Of a DNA stretch of 64,000 nucleotides, positions 10,701 through 20,673 are shown in pieces. The position numbers were made by a program, and so were the translations under genes. The DNA comes from Candidatus Spongiisociaceae bacterium. GTDB taxonomy: Bacteria > Actinomycetota > Acidimicrobiia > Spongiisociales > Spongiisociaceae. The notes beneath the pieces are model-generated. The model was not told the origin of the DNA, made no database searches, and was given only the letters and a program-made list of their open reading frames with translations. Where the stretch lies: NCBI GenBank assembly GCA_965202665.1, contig OZ241841.1, positions 1,184,001 through 1,248,000 of the forward strand, in the 5' to 3' direction. Positions within the stretch are counted from its first letter, which is position 1. Each line of letters begins with the position of its first letter.

Positions 10701-12591
10701 ATTAAGTGATACTTTTACCTCATTGAATCATAATAAAGACTTACGGTTAGGACAATTCGGGATAGAAGAAAATAATACACCGACCATTAATGCGATTAAC
10801 CGTAAAGACATAAAAGTAATCGTAGGCAACCCGCCCTGGCGGACTGGTCAAAAAGATGCTACGTTTCAGAATCCTAACCCCACCTATGAATCCCTCGATA
10901 ACAGAATAACTAACACTTATGCCCTAAGGTCCTCAGCAACTCGTAAAGGTGCTTTATACGATATGTATCTGAAATCACTACGCTGGGCCTCGGATCGATT
11001 AAGTAGTAGAGGTGTTATTGCCCTCGTTACTAATGGAGGGTGGTTAGAGGGTAACGCCGCTAATGGAGTGAGGTACTGCCTTGCAGATGAATTTGCAAGT
11101 GTATATTGTTATAATCTTCGAGGTCGCATAATGACAACGCCTGAGGAAGGAAAAAATGTCTTTAATGTTAAGGTCCCAGTAACTCTATTAATTTTAGTCA
11201 AGAATGATATTGGAGATACTTCATCCATATATTATACTCACTCTAAAGATAATTTAACAAAGGAGGCAAAACTTGAAGTCTTGAAATCAGAGAAATCATT
11301 GACAAATGCTAATTGGGAACCTCTGATCCCCGATCGAAATTCTGATTGGATAAATCAGAGTAATGAAAATTATCAGAAATACCAACCCATTGGTAGCAAA
11401 GACACAAGAAAATATATTAGCAACGCTGGAATTTTTAGAGTATACTCTTCGGGTATTATAACGGGTCGCGATCCTTGGGCATATAACAGTAATCAAAAAT
11501 CCCTTGCGGAGCGAACTAAGAAAATGATAGATTTCTATAACCATCAGATTTCAGTAAATACAGAACGTCCTGAGCACGATAACACAATAATAAAGTGGCA
11601 TCGTGAGTCGTTAAAACATTTCCATAGTAGGCGCAAGGCTGAATATAGTGAGAAAGATTTTAGGGTAGTGATGCGGAGACCCTTTTTTCCGCAAACTCTT
11701 CATTATGATTTGACATTCAACAACACTCACTACCAAATGGACAAATTATTTCCTACTAACGAAACGCCAAACCTAGCCATAATGATATCGGGGACAGGTG
11801 TAACTGAATTCGATATATTCATGACAAATAGACCTACAGATCTTAACTTTGCTAGGGGAGGAGGACAAGCGATACCAAGAATATACTATCATTTTTCTAG
11901 AAAGAGCAATAATAAGACGGAACAAAAATTCTTCGATCATGCAGAAAGATATGTAGTGGAAGACAACGTCCTGGATGAAACGCTGATTTCCTACCAAGAG
12001 TATTACGGCGATGACCGAATTGAGAAAGACGACATCTTCTATTACGTTTACGGCATCCTCCACCATCCTACCTACACGAGCAAATATCGCAACGACCTTA
12101 GCAAAGGCCTGCCCCGCATACCGAAAGTCCCGGATACCCCGGATTTCTGGGCTTTCGCCAAAGCAGGGCGAAAGCTGGGCCATCTGCATGTGGGCTACTC
12201 GGAGTTGGATGGCTACCCTCTGGAACAACAACATTCTGTACTGTTCGACTTGGATAACGATGACCATTACCGGTTTGAGAAATTAAAAAAGACTGTTAAA
12301 GATGATGACACGGTGGAAATTAGGATTAACGAGCATCTCACTCTGACAGACATTCCGCGAAGGGTGCTGGATTACAAGGTGAACGGCAGAAGCGGTTTGG
12401 ACTGGATAGTTACCTGCTACCGCATACACGAGGACGCCAGATACGGCTCCGGTATCGTCAACGATGCCAACCAGTTGTTTGACGACCCTCGTGATTTTAT
12501 CAAACTGGTGGAACAGGTGGTTCAGGTTTCCGTGGAGTCGGTGGACATCATCGAATCGCTTCCCGAATTCGAGCTGCCCGAGGCCAGGTAG
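7756..12591 (+). CDS. Type ISP restriction-modification enzyme, intact single polypeptide (Mrr-like nuclease, SF2 helicase, N6-MTase, TRD, C-terminal domain)
   Basis: D.GIDLVA...AIQCK; MPCGTGKT; DEAHRTTG; YMTATP; SEGVDVP; DPFSGTG; GNPPW; C-terminal KDDIFYYVYGILH...NDLSKGLPRIP...VNGRSGLDW. Confidence 0.93.
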   Translation: MASFREVLTEIRQSALSAAEKGDRFERLILQLFREDPLYRQEYRRVWLWDDWPDRPHGDLGIDLVAERADGDGYAAIQCKCYEEGASVSKEDVRAFLAASGNIEFTARFFITTGALGGAPLKQLETADNPSVSILYSTDLSERDFHWATLAERVEDTRHTGAKFVPRPDQTEAIRRTLGRLYGQWQVPKEWKGAEQGNRKDVSELNEGDERVYDRGQVLMPCGTGKTFTALNIAEQAAQLGGGGKDRAFRVLYLLPSISLLGQTMREWAEQKSLRLRFVGVCSDASAGHSTDEIGDFTELEIPVTTDPECIGEALSKSYQDVDVLVVFSTYHSIRLISDAQRSAGAPPFDLMFCDEAHRTTGAQIISNKAGDKRGTSVFLMAHDNRHVQAKKRVYMTATPKIWSTKSDNSYQNAEVFSMDDENQFGPVFYRMKFSEAIDKRLLSDYYLVGLTINPAWKNQVSQLGLDPDLPPSEQAKLYGAVKGVAFDENDVPHLRRSLSFTNTIKRSKKHQLSIEVASERLKEIALDKNGDAIPFRVRTQHIDGKTKANIRRQYLDWLKEPEEDECRIVTNARCLSEGVDVPNLDAALFMSPKHSAIDIVQQVGRVMRKSPNKTHGYIVVPILLAEGETATDALQKSEDYATIIKVVRALRSHDDNIDELINQKRFGEKLRLVPVPEPFGERDNELTSEEEEEAIQEAMFAPDDLIEALNVLVFEDCGDRQYWAKWAKDVGEQTVELQNNILVHLKTSEHARERFDQFMTGIHETMSPNMTEQEAAGMLAQHLVTQPVFDAFFENYEFSRHNPVSQIMNDVIEEIIAQDLLSDLQHSLAPFYESVQKRIRGITDSTTRHEVLKELYETFLKTAFPDLTDLLGVVYTPVEIVDWLLHSADDALRQEFGFGLGDKEVEILDPFSGTGTFLTRLIESDLIPDGNLDYKYQNELSAIDILPTAYYLSAINIEEAYHGRKMKIEDKPEYKPFPGIALSDTFTSLNHNKDLRLGQFGIEENNTPTINAINRKDIKVIVGNPPWRTGQKDATFQNPNPTYESLDNRITNTYALRSSATRKGALYDMYLKSLRWASDRLSSRGVIALVTNGGWLEGNAANGVRYCLADEFASVYCYNLRGRIMTTPEEGKNVFNVKVPVTLLILVKNDIGDTSSIYYTHSKDNLTKEAKLEVLKSEKSLTNANWEPLIPDRNSDWINQSNENYQKYQPIGSKDTRKYISNAGIFRVYSSGIITGRDPWAYNSNQKSLAERTKKMIDFYNHQISVNTERPEHDNTIIKWHRESLKHFHSRRKAEYSEKDFRVVMRRPFFPQTLHYDLTFNNTHYQMDKLFPTNETPNLAIMISGTGVTEFDIFMTNRPTDLNFARGGGQAIPRIYYHFSRKSNNKTEQKFFDHAERYVVEDNVLDETLISYQEYYGDDRIEKDDIFYYVYGILHHPTYTSKYRNDLSKGLPRIPKVPDTPDFWAFAKAGRKLGHLHVGYSELDGYPLEQQHSVLFDLDNDDHYRFEKLKKTVKDDDTVEIRINEHLTLTDIPRRVLDYKVNGRSGLDWIVTCYRIHEDARYGSGIVNDANQLFDDPRDFIKLVEQVVQVSVESVDIIESLPEFELPEAR
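8475..8487 (+). repeat. G13 homopolymer inside the Type ISP helicase region (in frame as assembled)
   Basis: aattGGGGGGGGGGGGGaag, read as LGGGGK. Confidence 0.9.
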
Positions 12592-12731
12592 GGGGCTGGG
12601 GGGCGTTACGGGTGGGCTCCGCGTCTGGTCCGGGTGGGGCAGCGGCTGTCTGATTTGACAAAAATATTTAAATATCGTAGAATATGGGAATAATCTACTC
12701 AACCAAATAGTTATACCCTACACAAACAAAA

Positions 12732-14036
12732 ATGTCACACCCCTCTCCTAAGGTAAACATCATGCAACAGCACAACCACGCACCGACCGAAACGCTGGAA
12801 CGGGACTGCCAACGGGCCCTGGCCTCGCTGGACACCCTGGGCCAGCATTTGGGCAACGGGCCCTGCCGGGCGGAGTTGGACCGGTTGGCGGACACGTTGC
12901 GGCGGGCGGAGGCCAAGGTCGCTTCCCTGAAATGCGACCTGGCCGCCCAAGTAACCCGCACCTCGGGGGAGGCCGCTACCCGGGACGCGTTGCGGGATCA
13001 GTTGGGGATGACCAACCATCAAGCCAAGCACCTGACGCGGGTGGCGGACACTTTGCGGGAAATGCCCAACACCCGAGCCAAACTGCAAGCGGGGGAAATC
13101 ACCTTGGAAAACGCCACCGCCCTGACCGCGGCGGCGGGGGAAGTGGGGGCGGCGCAGGTGGATCAAAACCGGGGCCTGTTGGAAGACGCCGCGCAAGCTA
13201 ATCCGGATCATTTCCGCAAACAGGCCAAGCAGTGGGCCAACGCCCACTCTGCTGACCGGGGTGAGAAACTGTTGGAGCGGCAGCGGCGGATGCGGCATGT
13301 GAAACTGTTCACCGAACCCGGAACCGGCATGGGCATTTTGCATGCCGAGTTGGACCCCATCCGCTTCGGACAAATACGGCAAGCCCTGGACCTCCACGCC
13401 GAAAAGCTACGGCGGGCCGACTCCGGCGGAGAGGTACACCCCGACGATATTCGCACCCATATGCAACGACGGGCGGACGCCTTAGTGGAACTGCTGACCG
13501 GCCGCGACGCCGACACCCTGCATCCCCTTCCCGACAACAAGTCGGGTAATGTTACTCAGTTGGTGGTAGCCGACTTGGGACTGCTGGACGGAACCCGCCC
13601 CGACGGCGACTGCGAAATCCTGGGAACCGGACCAGTACCACCCTCCGTTCTGGGAAACCTTTCCCCCGATACCAACATATGCGGAATCATCTTCGGAGGC
13701 AAAGGCCGAACCCTGTGGCTGGGACGCAATCGACGCCTGGGCAACGACGCGCAACGGCTGGCGGCCGCGGTACGGGATCGGGGATGCGTCCGATGCGACC
13801 TCCCCACCCACTCCAACCAACTCCACCACATACAAGACTGGTACGACGGGGGACCCACCGACATCGACAACCTGGCCTCACTCTGCGGAACCCACCACCG
13901 AGAACTCCAAAAACACAACCTAAAACTGGAAAAAATTGGAAAAAACTGGCAAACCCGCCCCCGAACCGGACCGCCGCTACCGCCCCCGCCCCCACGGCCA
14001 ACCCAACCACCCGTCCGCGCCGGGCCCAGCCCGTAA
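12732..14036 (+). CDS. DUF222 / HNH endonuclease domain protein
   Basis: QRRADALVEL, LWLGRNRR, RDRGCVRC...HHIQDW..GGPTDIDNLASLCGTHH. Confidence 0.88.
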   Translation: MSHPSPKVNIMQQHNHAPTETLERDCQRALASLDTLGQHLGNGPCRAELDRLADTLRRAEAKVASLKCDLAAQVTRTSGEAATRDALRDQLGMTNHQAKHLTRVADTLREMPNTRAKLQAGEITLENATALTAAAGEVGAAQVDQNRGLLEDAAQANPDHFRKQAKQWANAHSADRGEKLLERQRRMRHVKLFTEPGTGMGILHAELDPIRFGQIRQALDLHAEKLRRADSGGEVHPDDIRTHMQRRADALVELLTGRDADTLHPLPDNKSGNVTQLVVADLGLLDGTRPDGDCEILGTGPVPPSVLGNLSPDTNICGIIFGGKGRTLWLGRNRRLGNDAQRLAAAVRDRGCVRCDLPTHSNQLHHIQDWYDGGPTDIDNLASLCGTHHRELQKHNLKLEKIGKNWQTRPRTGPPLPPPPPRPTQPPVRAGPSP

Positions 14037-14059
14037 ACCCAAACTGTACATAACCAGGA

Positions 14060-14461
14060 TGTTTGAGGATGGTGTTGCGGGTGATAGAAGAAAAGCGAGC
14101 CGGTGGCACAGTCGTCTCGGCGGATGAGCATGTCCCGGCGGCTCGCGCCCCAAGTGGGTGCACTGCTACCGGGAGGAAAGCGAAGCCGGTTTAGAAGACC
14201 GGTCATCGCGACCGCGCTGCTCCCCAACGCGCACCAGCCCAGCAATGGAAGAACGGTTATTACACGCGCGGCGGATGTTCCGGGCGGGCCGGGCCCGGTT
14301 GTCGGCGTTCACGGAGGTACCGCGTTCTCCTCCGTCATGGGATGTTGCGTCTGTGGGAACGCAACCTGCTGACCGGCGAACCGCTCAAACCCCTTCCGAG
14401 CGGGCGGTGCGGCATGAAACGCGGCGAGCCGGGGGAGTTTCTGCATATGGACGTTAGGAAA
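14060..14461 (+). pseudogene. IS481-family transposase fragment (frameshifted)
   Basis: KW..CYREESEAGLEDRSSRPRCSP and R..PGEFLHMDVRKL fall in different frames; truncated by the following ISL3 remnant. Confidence 0.65.
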
Positions 14462-14463
14462 CT

Positions 14464-15255
14464 AAGGTCTTCGCGATTTGTGGTGGGGGTGGGATTCTTG
14501 TTTATGGGCGAGGCCCTCGTTGGAAGTCCTCGTATGTTGAATTGTTAGTTTGCGGTGAGGGGGTGCGGGTATTGGGGATGGTGGAAGACTGCGGGGGAAT
14601 GTTGGTATTGCAGGTGGCGGCGGGGTTGGCCTTTGCGTCCGGTGCGCGGGGCGGGTTGCCAGCGGGTGCGGGATCTCCCGACCCGGGAGCGGGAGACGGC
14701 GCTGAATTGGGTGCGGCGGAGATTCGAGTGCGGGGGATGCAGTGGCACGCAATATGGGTTTGGTGAAGCGATGGCGGAACGGGAGGGGGCCCGGAGGCGG
14801 GGACGGGCGTGTCGGGTGTTGCTGGTGGACGAGACTTCCCTCCGCCGGGGTCATCGGATGTGACGGTTGTAGCAGACGGGGAGACAACCAGACGTTGGCT
14901 ATGCTCCCCGGACGCAGCAAAGCCGTCCTGGCCAGGTTCTTCCGAGACTAAGGCCCCGCCTGGAGACAAGGGGTGGAGGTAGTCGTCACCGACGGCGCCG
15001 CCCCTTACAAGGCCGCCATCTACCAATACCTGCCCCGGGCGCAACACGTGCTGGACCGCTTCCACGTCATCCGCTGGTTGTCATCCGCTGGTTCGGAACG
15101 TCGCTGATCCAACGCCGCCGCAACCTGCAACGCCGCCCCTCGGGCTGGGAGCCCAGCCTGCGCCGCTCCCGCTACCTACTCCTCAAACGACAAGACCGGC
15201 TTCACCCCCTCCGAACGGGAACGGCTACGGCAACTATTCGACCGCCACCCCCAGT
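14464..15255 (+). pseudogene. ISL3-family transposase remnant
   Basis: Fragments VRDLP, LVDETS, GVEVVVTD..APY, HVLDRFHVIRW with stops and frameshifts; 5' end GGTCTTCGCGATTTGTGG is shared with the copy at 20674. Confidence 0.7.
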
Positions 15256-15263
15256 GACCTCCT

Positions 15264-17099
15264 TTAGCGGAGGGGCGGGGCGGGTTGGGCGGTTCCCTGT
15301 TGCCACGCCTCGTACAACCGGCCGTAGTGGCCGCCTTCGGCCACCAGCTGGATGTGGGTTCCGTCTTGTACCAGGCGGGCGTGGTCGAACACCAGCACCC
15401 GGTCGGCCGCTTCGGCGGTGGACATTCGGTGGGCTACCGTCACCACCGTCCGTCCGGCGGACAGTTCCCGCAACGCTTTGGAAATGTGCACTTCGGTAGC
15501 CGGATCCACCGCCGAAGTGGCTTCGTCCAGCACCAGAATCTCCGGGTCGGCGATGGCCGCCCGCACCAGGGTGACCAACTGCCGCTCGCCCACCGACAGG
15601 GCCGAACCCCGCTCCCCCACCTGCGTTTCCAGCCCGGCCGTCAACTCCTCCAACCATTCCGCCAAATCCAACCGGACGAAAGTCCGCTCCACCTCCTCCA
15701 AAGAAGCGTCCGGTTTGCCCATTCTCACATTGTCCAAAATGGACCCCCGGAACATCGCCCCCTCCTGGGGCACCATCACCACCCGTTCCCGCAACGACTC
15801 GAACCGCACCCGGGACACATCGGTTCCGCCCAGCATCACCCGGCCCACGGCGGGGTCCATCAACCGGGTCAGCAGTTTGGCGAAAGTGGTTTTGCCGGAG
15901 CCGGTTTCCCCCACCACCGCCACGTTGCTGCGGGCCGCGATCTCCACATCCACTTCCAGCAGGGCGGCCGTCTGCCCCTCCCCCGGCTCCCCCGTCCCCG
16001 GATAGGCGAACGAAACCCGCTCAAACCGGATGTCCAAAGAACCATCGGGCAAGCCCACCCCCTCCGCCCCCGGGTCGGTCACATCCGGTTCCAAATCCAG
16101 CACATCCAGCACCCGCCTCCATCCGGCCACCGCCGTCTGCGCCTCGTTGACGGCCTCGCCGAACACTTGCACCGGCTGGATGAACAACTGCACCAGAAAC
16201 AGGAAAGCCACCACCGTTCCCACCGAAACCCGCCCGTCCGCCGCCAGCAACGACCCCGCCGCGATCACCGCCGTAGCCACCCCCACCGTCAGGACTTCCG
16301 TAACGCCGGACAGGGAAGAAGCAAGCCCGCCCGCCCGGACCGCCGCCGCCCGATGCTCCTCCACCGCCCGGTTGATTTTCAGCCGAATCCGCTGTTCGGT
16401 CCCGTAGGCCCTGATCACCGGAAACCCGGCCACCGCCTCCGCCAACGCGGCCAGCATCTCCCCCACTTTCACCCGCACCGCCAGGTAGGCGGAATGCAAG
16501 CGGGTTTGAAACATTCTGATAACCAGCAGAATCACGGGCAGGGAGGCGGCCACCACCGCGAACAGGGGAAGCGAGTAGGCGGCCATCACCGCCAGCGCCG
16601 CTATCGCCTGGCCGGTGTTGACGATGATCATCAGCCCCGCCCACTGCATGAAACGGCTGATCTGATCCACATCCGAGGTGACCCGGGCCACCAGCACCCC
16701 CCGTTGCTCGGCCGCCTGGTGCAACATGGACAGGTTGTGGATGTGGCGGAAAGCCCGGATGCGCAGCCCGGACAGGGCCGCCTCCGACACTTTGGCCAAA
16801 CGCACGTGCATCAGCCCGGTGGCGGCGGCGGTTACCAGAAGGGCCAAGAGGGCCAAGCCGAGCAGAAGGATCACCGCCCGCATGTCCGTCCCGGATCCGG
16901 TCAGGCTGCGGTCGACCACCTGCTGGATGGAAACCGGAATGATCACCCGTCCGGCGGTGGCCGCCAACGCCAGCGCCAACGTAACCGCCAGCCCCCGCCC
17001 CAGTTCGGGGGAAAGGGACAAACCGCGCCGCATGGTGCGCCACGCCCCGGCCCGTTCTGGGCCCGCCGGGGAAACCGCCGCCTCGTCGCCCGCCGTCAC
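15264..17099 (-). CDS. ABC exporter half, fused permease/ATPase
   Basis: TM domain, GETGSGKT, LSVGERQ, LVLDEATSAVD. Confidence 0.93.
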   Translation of the reverse strand: MTAGDEAAVSPAGPERAGAWRTMRRGLSLSPELGRGLAVTLALALAATAGRVIIPVSIQQVVDRSLTGSGTDMRAVILLLGLALLALLVTAAATGLMHVRLAKVSEAALSGLRIRAFRHIHNLSMLHQAAEQRGVLVARVTSDVDQISRFMQWAGLMIIVNTGQAIAALAVMAAYSLPLFAVVAASLPVILLVIRMFQTRLHSAYLAVRVKVGEMLAALAEAVAGFPVIRAYGTEQRIRLKINRAVEEHRAAAVRAGGLASSLSGVTEVLTVGVATAVIAAGSLLAADGRVSVGTVVAFLFLVQLFIQPVQVFGEAVNEAQTAVAGWRRVLDVLDLEPDVTDPGAEGVGLPDGSLDIRFERVSFAYPGTGEPGEGQTAALLEVDVEIAARSNVAVVGETGSGKTTFAKLLTRLMDPAVGRVMLGGTDVSRVRFESLRERVVMVPQEGAMFRGSILDNVRMGKPDASLEEVERTFVRLDLAEWLEELTAGLETQVGERGSALSVGERQLVTLVRAAIADPEILVLDEATSAVDPATEVHISKALRELSAGRTVVTVAHRMSTAEAADRVLVFDHARLVQDGTHIQLVAEGGHYGRLYEAWQQGTAQPAPPLR

Positions 17100-18970
17100 A
17101 ACCCGTTCCCGTCCGGGGGGCGGTCGGAGCGGTCGGGGTGGTCGGGGTGTTCTTCATAGGCGTCCACCAACTCCGCATAATGGGGCAAATCCGCATACAA
17201 CTGGTCGTGGGTTCCCCGCCCGGCCACCCGCCCTCCTTCCATGTACACCACCTGGTCGGCGCCCATGATGGAACCCCGGCGGTAGGCCGCGATCACCACT
17301 GTGGTGTCCAACCGGGACAGGCCGTCCAAGATGGTTCTTTCCACCGCCGGATCCACGGCCGAAGTGGCGTCGTCCAACACCAGCAACCGGGGGCGGCGGA
17401 TCAGGGCCCGGGCCAAAGCGATCCGCTGCCGCTGGCCGCCGGACAGGGCGGCCCCCCGCTCCCCCACCGTCGTTTCGTATCCGTCGGGCAACTCGGCGAT
17501 GAACTCTTCGGCGGCGGCCAGGCGGGCGGCCTCCTCCACCTGCGCCGCGTCGTAGTCGCCGCCCAAAGTGATGTTGTTGCGCACCGTGTCGTCGAACAGG
17601 AACGGCTCTTGGAACACCAGGGCGGCCGTCTCGGCCAAAGCGGCGCGTTCCAACTCGGGCAGGGGCGCGCCGTCCAACCGGATAGCGCCCGCATCCGGAT
17701 CGTAGAGGCGGGCCAGCAAGCCGGCCACGGTGGACTTGCCGGAACCGGTGGGGCCGACCAGGGCGACCGTGGACCCCGCCGCCGCCCGGAAAGAAACCTC
17801 CTCCACCCCCCGCCGCTCCTCCTCCGGGGCCTCCTCCTCCTCCGGACTGGGGGCGGGACGGTCGCCCAAATCGGACAGGTCGGTTTCGGGATGCAGGTAG
17901 GAAACGGCCCGCACCTCCACTTCCGCTCCCCCCTCCCCGGTCAGGCGGTCCTCCCCGTAGGAGGTACGTTCCCGCTCGGCCAGCACCGACTCCACCCGCC
18001 TCCACCCCGCCTCCGCCAAAGGCAACTGCCCCAGCAGCCAGGCGAAAATGCGCATGGGGACGGTTATCAGACGGAACAGATAGGCGAAAGCCACCAACGT
18101 GCCGGCGGTCATCAGGCCCTGATCCACCCGCCACGCCCCCACCCCCACCACCGCCAGCACCCCCAAAGTGGGCAGCGCCTCCATCACCGGGTCGAACACC
18201 GCCCGCAACCTGCCCACATCCACCATCCGGTTGCGCAGATCGTCCGACAGCACCCCGAACCGGGAAACTTCGGCGTTTTCCCGCCCCAGGGTTTTCACCA
18301 CCAGGGCGGCGTCGAACGACTCGTGGGCCACTTCCGCCACCTCCGCCCGCAAACGCTGGGCGCGGGCGGCCGCCACCGTCATCTTCCGTTGGTAAAACAG
18401 GTTGTTGGCCATAATCGCCGGGCCCACCGCCACCCCCACCAGGGCCAGAAACGGGTCGGTGATCAGCAACAGCACGGCGGTGACGGCCAGCATCACCGCC
18501 ACCCCCAGCGCCATCGGCAACGGGGCGGCGATGTGGGCGGCCGCTTCCACATCCGCCCCCACGTTGGAAATAAGCCGTCCGGTGGGATGGCGGCGGAACC
18601 ATTCCAAAGGCAGTTCCAAATAGCGGCCGGTGACTTCGGTGCGGTCCCGTTTCTCCAACTGGTACATCGCCAGGTAGGCCCCGTAGCGGCGGAACCCGAT
18701 GCCCACCCCCCGGATCACCCCCACCGCCATCAGCACCGCGACCGCCCCGACCAGGCTGGCCGTTGCGACGTCGCCCCGTTCGGCGGCGGGGATCAGCACC
18801 GCGTCGATCGCCCAACCTATGGCGTAGGAGGAAACTACGGTGGCGGCGGCGAAAACGAGGGTGGCGGTGAAACCGAGGGCGAACTGCGGTTTGGCCCGGC
18901 TCAGTTGGCGGCGGATCAGGGCCCAGTGGCGGGCGGCGCCGCCCGCCCCCGTTTTCGGCAGGTCGGTCAT
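17096..18970 (-). CDS. ABC exporter half, fused permease/ATPase (degenerate site)
   Basis: GPTGSGKS, LSGGQRQR, LVLDDATSAVD (D replaces the catalytic E); 4-bp overlap with its partner. Confidence 0.93.
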   Translation of the reverse strand: MTDLPKTGAGGAARHWALIRRQLSRAKPQFALGFTATLVFAAATVVSSYAIGWAIDAVLIPAAERGDVATASLVGAVAVLMAVGVIRGVGIGFRRYGAYLAMYQLEKRDRTEVTGRYLELPLEWFRRHPTGRLISNVGADVEAAAHIAAPLPMALGVAVMLAVTAVLLLITDPFLALVGVAVGPAIMANNLFYQRKMTVAAARAQRLRAEVAEVAHESFDAALVVKTLGRENAEVSRFGVLSDDLRNRMVDVGRLRAVFDPVMEALPTLGVLAVVGVGAWRVDQGLMTAGTLVAFAYLFRLITVPMRIFAWLLGQLPLAEAGWRRVESVLAERERTSYGEDRLTGEGGAEVEVRAVSYLHPETDLSDLGDRPAPSPEEEEAPEEERRGVEEVSFRAAAGSTVALVGPTGSGKSTVAGLLARLYDPDAGAIRLDGAPLPELERAALAETAALVFQEPFLFDDTVRNNITLGGDYDAAQVEEAARLAAAEEFIAELPDGYETTVGERGAALSGGQRQRIALARALIRRPRLLVLDDATSAVDPAVERTILDGLSRLDTTVVIAAYRRGSIMGADQVVYMEGGRVAGRGTHDQLYADLPHYAELVDAYEEHPDHPDRSDRPPDGNGL

Positions 18971-18979
18971 TCCGGTCGG

Positions 18980-20179
18980 TCAGCCGGCCAGGTGGGCCAA
19001 AGCCACCGCCGCGTGCAAAGCCACCCCGGCCGTCATCGCCTCTTCGTCGTACACCACCCGGTTGGAATGATTGGAGGGGGCTTCCCCCGGGGTGAGGCCG
19101 GGGGGGCAGGCACCCAGAAAAGCCATCGCCCCCGGCACTTCGGCCAAAACGTAGCTCCAGTCTTCGCCGCCCATCAGCGGGTCTTTCATCCGGCTCACCG
19201 CCTCCTCCCCCAGCAGTCTCCCGGCGACGGCGGTAACCAGTTCCGCGAAGTCCCGGTCGTTTATCGTGACCGGATAGCCGGGGATTATTTCAGCTTCCGC
19301 CCGCAGGCCGTGGGCGGCGGCGATGTTGGGAACCACCCGTTGCAGCAGGGCGTGCAGGTTGTCCCGGGTGGAGGCGGACAGGGCGCGGACGGTGCCTTTG
19401 ATTTCGGCGGTTTCGGGGATGATGTTGTGGGTGGTTCCGGCGTGTATGGAACCGAAAGTGATCACCCCCGGATCGAACACGTTGATGCGGCGGGTGACGG
19501 CCGTTTCCGCCGCCAACACGATTTCCGCCGCCACCGGCACCGGGTCCAGCGACACGGACGGCATGGAAGCGTGGCCGCCTTTGCCGATGACCGTGATCAT
19601 CACCTCGTCGGCGGAGGCCAGTTGCGGACCGGGGCGGAGATGGACGGTTCCGGACGGAAACCAGCCGGTGACGTGCAGGGCGAACGCCCCGGTGGGCCGC
19701 TCCCCCGCCGCCTCCAGCAAGCCTTCCTCCAGCATGCATCGGGCGCCGAAAAACCCTTCCTCACCGGGTTGGAACATGAAAATCACGGCGCCGGGGAGGT
19801 CGTCTTTCAGGTCGGAGAGCAGATGGGCGGCGCCGGCCAGCATGGCGGTATGCATGTCGTGTCCGCAGGCGTGCATCGCCTCCTCCCGCCGACTGGCGAA
19901 CGGCAACCCGGTTTCTTCGGTGAGGGGAAGGGCGTCCATGTCGCCCCGTAGAATGATGGCCGGGCCGGGTTTCCCGCCCCGCAGGACGGCGGCCACCCCG
20001 CTGGTGCTCTCGTGAAGGTTGATTTCCAGCGGCAACCCGTCCAAAGATTCCAGCACCCGGGCCCGGGTTTCGGGCAGAAAGTTGCCAATCTCCGGAAAAC
20101 GGTGCAGGTCGCGCCGCAAATCCACCACCAAAGGGGTCTTCTCCCGGGCTTTAGCCAGCAAGTCCAGCAAGTCGTTCAT
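18980..20179 (-). CDS. M20D-family amidohydrolase (hippurate hydrolase-like)
   Basis: RRDLHRFPE, LRGDMDALP, MHACGHD, FQPGEEG, GKGGHAS, MGGED, NHS. Confidence 0.93.
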   Translation of the reverse strand: MNDLLDLLAKAREKTPLVVDLRRDLHRFPEIGNFLPETRARVLESLDGLPLEINLHESTSGVAAVLRGGKPGPAIILRGDMDALPLTEETGLPFASRREEAMHACGHDMHTAMLAGAAHLLSDLKDDLPGAVIFMFQPGEEGFFGARCMLEEGLLEAAGERPTGAFALHVTGWFPSGTVHLRPGPQLASADEVMITVIGKGGHASMPSVSLDPVPVAAEIVLAAETAVTRRINVFDPGVITFGSIHAGTTHNIIPETAEIKGTVRALSASTRDNLHALLQRVVPNIAAAHGLRAEAEIIPGYPVTINDRDFAELVTAVAGRLLGEEAVSRMKDPLMGGEDWSYVLAEVPGAMAFLGACPPGLTPGEAPSNHSNRVVYDEEAMTAGVALHAAVALAHLAG

Positions 20180-20211
20180 ACCCCCAGCCTAACCGCCGCC
20201 CGCCCTTACCC

Positions 20212-20670
20212 GGCTCTTCGGATTTAAGGGGGTGTGCTGGGGGTTGGGGAGCGTTGAGACAGCGGGGGGTAAGGCTGGGGGGACGGCCGCGGTACGGGGA
20301 ATGCGGGGGCGGGCTGCTGAGCAAGGGCTGGAAGAGGGTACGGATGGTGGATCTGCCCAGTTTCGGACGGTGGGTGCGGCTGGTGCGACGGAAACGTCGT
20401 GGGAGGCGTCCCGATGCGGGGTGCGGGGTGGGATCGTTTACGAAAAAGACTGATTGAATAGGCGGCGGAGGAGCTGGGTTGCGCCTGGCGCACCGTGGCG
20501 AAAGAGGTGAACCGGGGGGGAAGCCATGTTGGAAGCTGACCAAGAACGGGTGGGGGGAGCGAAGGCTTTGGGGTTGGACGAGACCCTGTTCCTCCGGCTG
20601 GGCCTTCGCCGCTGGCGGATGTGGGCGGCCTCGACGGCGGACATCCGCAACCGCCGATTGATCGAGGTTT
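20212..20670 (+). pseudogene. ISL3-family transposase remnant (internally deleted)
   Basis: Begins with ISL3-type end GGCTCTTCG; fragments RPRYGECG, VDLPSFGR, CGVGSFT, ALGLDETLF. Confidence 0.7.
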
Positions 20671-20673
20671 TTG

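Noticed and set aside
106-19951. Long plus-strand ORFs such as 106-2091, 3851-6034, 15285-17159 and 17138-19951 (also 59212-61404)
   Set aside because: Antisense shadows of well-supported minus-strand genes in high-GC DNA.
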